Below are positions 61,502-64,000 of a DNA stretch of 64,000 nucleotides, piece by piece (within the stretch, counting starts at the first letter, position 1; every line of letters begins with the position of its first letter). Origin of the DNA: Selaginella moellendorffii. Its lineage: Eukaryota > Plantae > Lycopodiophyta. The notes beneath the pieces are model-generated. The model did not search any database. It had not been told where the DNA came from and worked only from the letters and a program-made list of their open reading frames with translations. Position numbers and translations under genes: made by a program. Location of the stretch: assembly GCF_000143415.4 (NCBI RefSeq), contig NW_003314267.1:641394-705393 (forward strand), in the 5' to 3' direction.

Positions 61502-62449
61502 ATGGCGGATGGAAGTGGAGGAGAGGCCGCCCTGGCGATGGCAGAGGTGAAGAGAAGAGCGCGCGATGAGATCGCCGGCGACGCTGCTGCTGGAGGCAAG
61601 AGATTACGCGCGACGGAGCTCTTCGATGAGCCGCTCGCGGCGGCGTCGCGGCCATCGCCAGGGATCAAGCACCAGGGGCAGGAGAATGGGGTAAGCATCA
61701 GGGACGAGGAATTCGCGACCGCCGAGGTTGTGAATGCCAGCCGGAGCGGTAGCGCCAGCGCAGCGGCCGTGGAAGATTTCGGGGAGGAGGAGGATGGATT
61801 GCGGTCGGATGTAGAGGAGGAGGAAGAGGAGGAGTTTGTAGATGAGACCGAGAGCGACGAAGTGGACGATGAGGAGGAAGAAGGGGATTACACGGACGAG
61901 GACGACTACAGCGATGTGGAGCTCCAGCTATCGGGCGCTCAAAATCGCCCGAGAAGGATAGAGAAGGGGATCGTCCTGGACAAGGGGAAGAACAAGGCGG
62001 CGGCGGCGGTGGCTCCTCCGCAGGACTACAAAGGCAAAGGCAAGGCGATCGTCCAGGAGGAGGACAGCAGCAGCGACGATAGCGAAGTGGGCGTGGACGA
62101 GGACGAGTTCCTCAAGGCAAACATGGCAGCGCTCAGGGACGCCGATGCGCTGGAGGAGGTGGACTTGAACAACATTCTTCCCACAAGGACGCGCCGGCGG
62201 ACGATCCAGCAGCCCGTCCATTGCGATGATCCTGGCAATGGATCCAGCGAGGAGGACGAAGACTATGTTGCCGGTGGCGAGCTCGGCACTCCAGGAGGAG
62301 GAGGAGGAGGAGGAGGAGGTAGGCAAACACAGAAAAAAAGTCGATTTCTTTTCTTCCAGATCGAGCTGAAACTTCGTCCGTGGTTTTCCAGGGAAATGAT
62401 CACGCTGCTGTACGTGGTATGTTCTTCCATTTCTTTTCCCTGTCGCTGA
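61502..62449 (+). CDS. Acidic protein with a CHZ-like motif (putative H2A.Z-H2B histone chaperone); 3' end uncertain
   Basis: D/E-rich tracts, DKGK/KGKGKA repeats and LEEVDLNNILPTRTRRR. Possible intron at ~62318-62359. Confidence 0.7.
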   Translation: MADGSGGEAALAMAEVKRRARDEIAGDAAAGGKRLRATELFDEPLAAASRPSPGIKHQGQENGVSIRDEEFATAEVVNASRSGSASAAAVEDFGEEEDGLRSDVEEEEEEEFVDETESDEVDDEEEEGDYTDEDDYSDVELQLSGAQNRPRRIEKGIVLDKGKNKAAAAVAPPQDYKGKGKAIVQEEDSSSDDSEVGVDEDEFLKANMAALRDADALEEVDLNNILPTRTRRRTIQQPVHCDDPGNGSSEEDEDYVAGGELGTPGGGGGGGGGRQTQKKSRFLFFQIELKLRPWFSREMITLLYVVCSSISFPCR

Positions 62450-63384
62450 GATCTCTTAGATTTGATCGTGTGATAGTTTTGGTGGTCTGTGAATGCAGGT
62501 GACTTGTTGCCTATGCGTATTTCATTGCTGCAAAATGTTTGCCAGTTTTGATGCAATGTAGGGTTTTTCTTGTCTTCCTGGTAACTTTTCTTTTCTTACT
62601 TTCTAACCCAATGTAAATATTGGATTTTCACCTCCTCGAATATTCTTCTAATGTATTCTTCCTAGCGCGCAGCTGCGCCGGAATCAGGCGCTCCGTTTCG
62701 ATTTCCATGGCATCGTCTGTCCGAAATGCCAGGAAGAATGTCGAGAAAAAGGATTTCGTCCCAGGAATTGATGAGCGCCTTCATTCGGACGAGGAGCTCG
62801 ACGCCAAAATGTGTGGAATGGTGAGGGCTGGTGACGCCGGATAGGACTTGCGTGAAGGCCAAGCGACACCACATATTAAGCTCGCCGAAAAATCTCTCTT
62901 TTGCCTGTTTTGCATGGAAAATGATGTTCCAAAGACCAGGTTTCAAAGCAACTATTGCCCACTACATTCCTCCCCCGGCAGACCATCTTTGGAGAGATAA
63001 TAAGGCGGCATTTTGCAATTTATCTCTGCGAGCAAATGATATTCCAAAAGACCAGATTTCAATAAAATCTTTGCCTCGTTCGGCAGACCATCTTTGCAAA
63101 GGTGACATGCCCATCTTCCGAATAGATATGAAGCATCACTGTCCACGAAAAGAGGATCTTCTCGCTCATCTCCTCGGACATTTACCTCGCGCAAAACATT
63201 CGAGCTCAGAAACACTCCGGTAATCCAGATGATAAGGAACGTCAAGGTGGAGCTAAGACATAGCCATCCTTTGCCCACGACGCACAAAACTTTGCAGGTT
63301 TCAGCCGAACGTGTTTGGAACGTTTGCGAGCGCGTTCGGCCGTTCGCAAACGCTTTTGGTCCTGGAGCCGAACGTTCGCGAACG

Positions 63385-63428
63385 CGTTTGGCGTTTGGCG
63401 TTTGGCGTTTGGCGTCTGGCGTTGGCGA
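63385..63428 (+). repeat. 7-bp (GGCGTTT)n microsatellite next to a palindrome-rich tract
   Basis: Seen directly in the sequence. Confidence 0.85.
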
Positions 63429-64000
63429 ACTTGAATCGGTGCCAGCATTCAGGATGGAGATTCGGGCGAGGCCGAGCGATTGTTCTTCGGAGCCCGCGAG
63501 GAAAATGATCGAGCGTGAAAAATTACCCGCCATACTTTGTCATACAATAATCCAAGAATTACCCGCCATCCTTTTGTCATACAATCCAGATTCCATGACC
63601 TGGTCTTGTCAGTGGTTACATCTCGGGTTACATTTACAAGGAGCATGGCCGCGACATCACTTTCCTGTGTGGAGCTTTGAGGCGGAGAGAAAGGATTTCC
63701 TTGGTCACGAGGGTGTATGTTATCTGGGAGATCGACAAGCTCGCAGGAATATGGAAGCAGCGGTATTAAGGAAGCCGAGACAGCTTTCGCCATCTACCTC
63801 AACGCTGCTTGTAGGAAGCACTGTTGGTTTTCTCCGTGGTTGAAACCAGATGCACATTCATTCCCAGCACCATCGAGCCGAAGATACTGCCTGGCTCCAC
63901 CTCGGCTGAAAGATTGCTCTGGATTCTACAAAAGAAGGGCCCGGGATTTTCCTTTGATAATTCTAGCATATTTTAACCCGATTTGCTTGTAGGCGGGTAA

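Overview
Eukaryotic plant DNA. The very short 43-60 nt introns, tightly packed genes, PLS-type PPR debris and Tcn1-like chromoviruses suggest a lycophyte such as Selaginella, but this is inference only. Bases 1-48.7 kb are a nest of LTR retroelements: (A) two chromodomain Ty3/gypsy copies (5820-11307, 14585-20175) with no tRNA PBS but a Tf1-type self-priming signal and a G-GGA-AAC -1 frameshift site; (B) a non-coding LARD-like family with ~1.7 kb minisatellite-bearing LTRs (two long copies, two solo LTRs); (C) degenerate non-chromovirus RT/integrase relics; (D) a decayed chromovirus whose integrase appears interrupted by two GT-AG introns; (E) five copies of a Cassandra-like TRIM with 5S rRNA promoter sequence in its LTR; (F) a second small TRIM. 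Bases 48.7-64 kb are gene-rich: a patchwork of duplicated local fragments, a truncated aminopeptidase P, a CYP85-clan P450, PPR pseudogenes, CSN3 and a head-to-head acidic CHZ-motif gene. The best novelty candidates are the intron-containing retrotransposon integrase with its probable non-autonomous partner, and the 5S-carrying TRIM.
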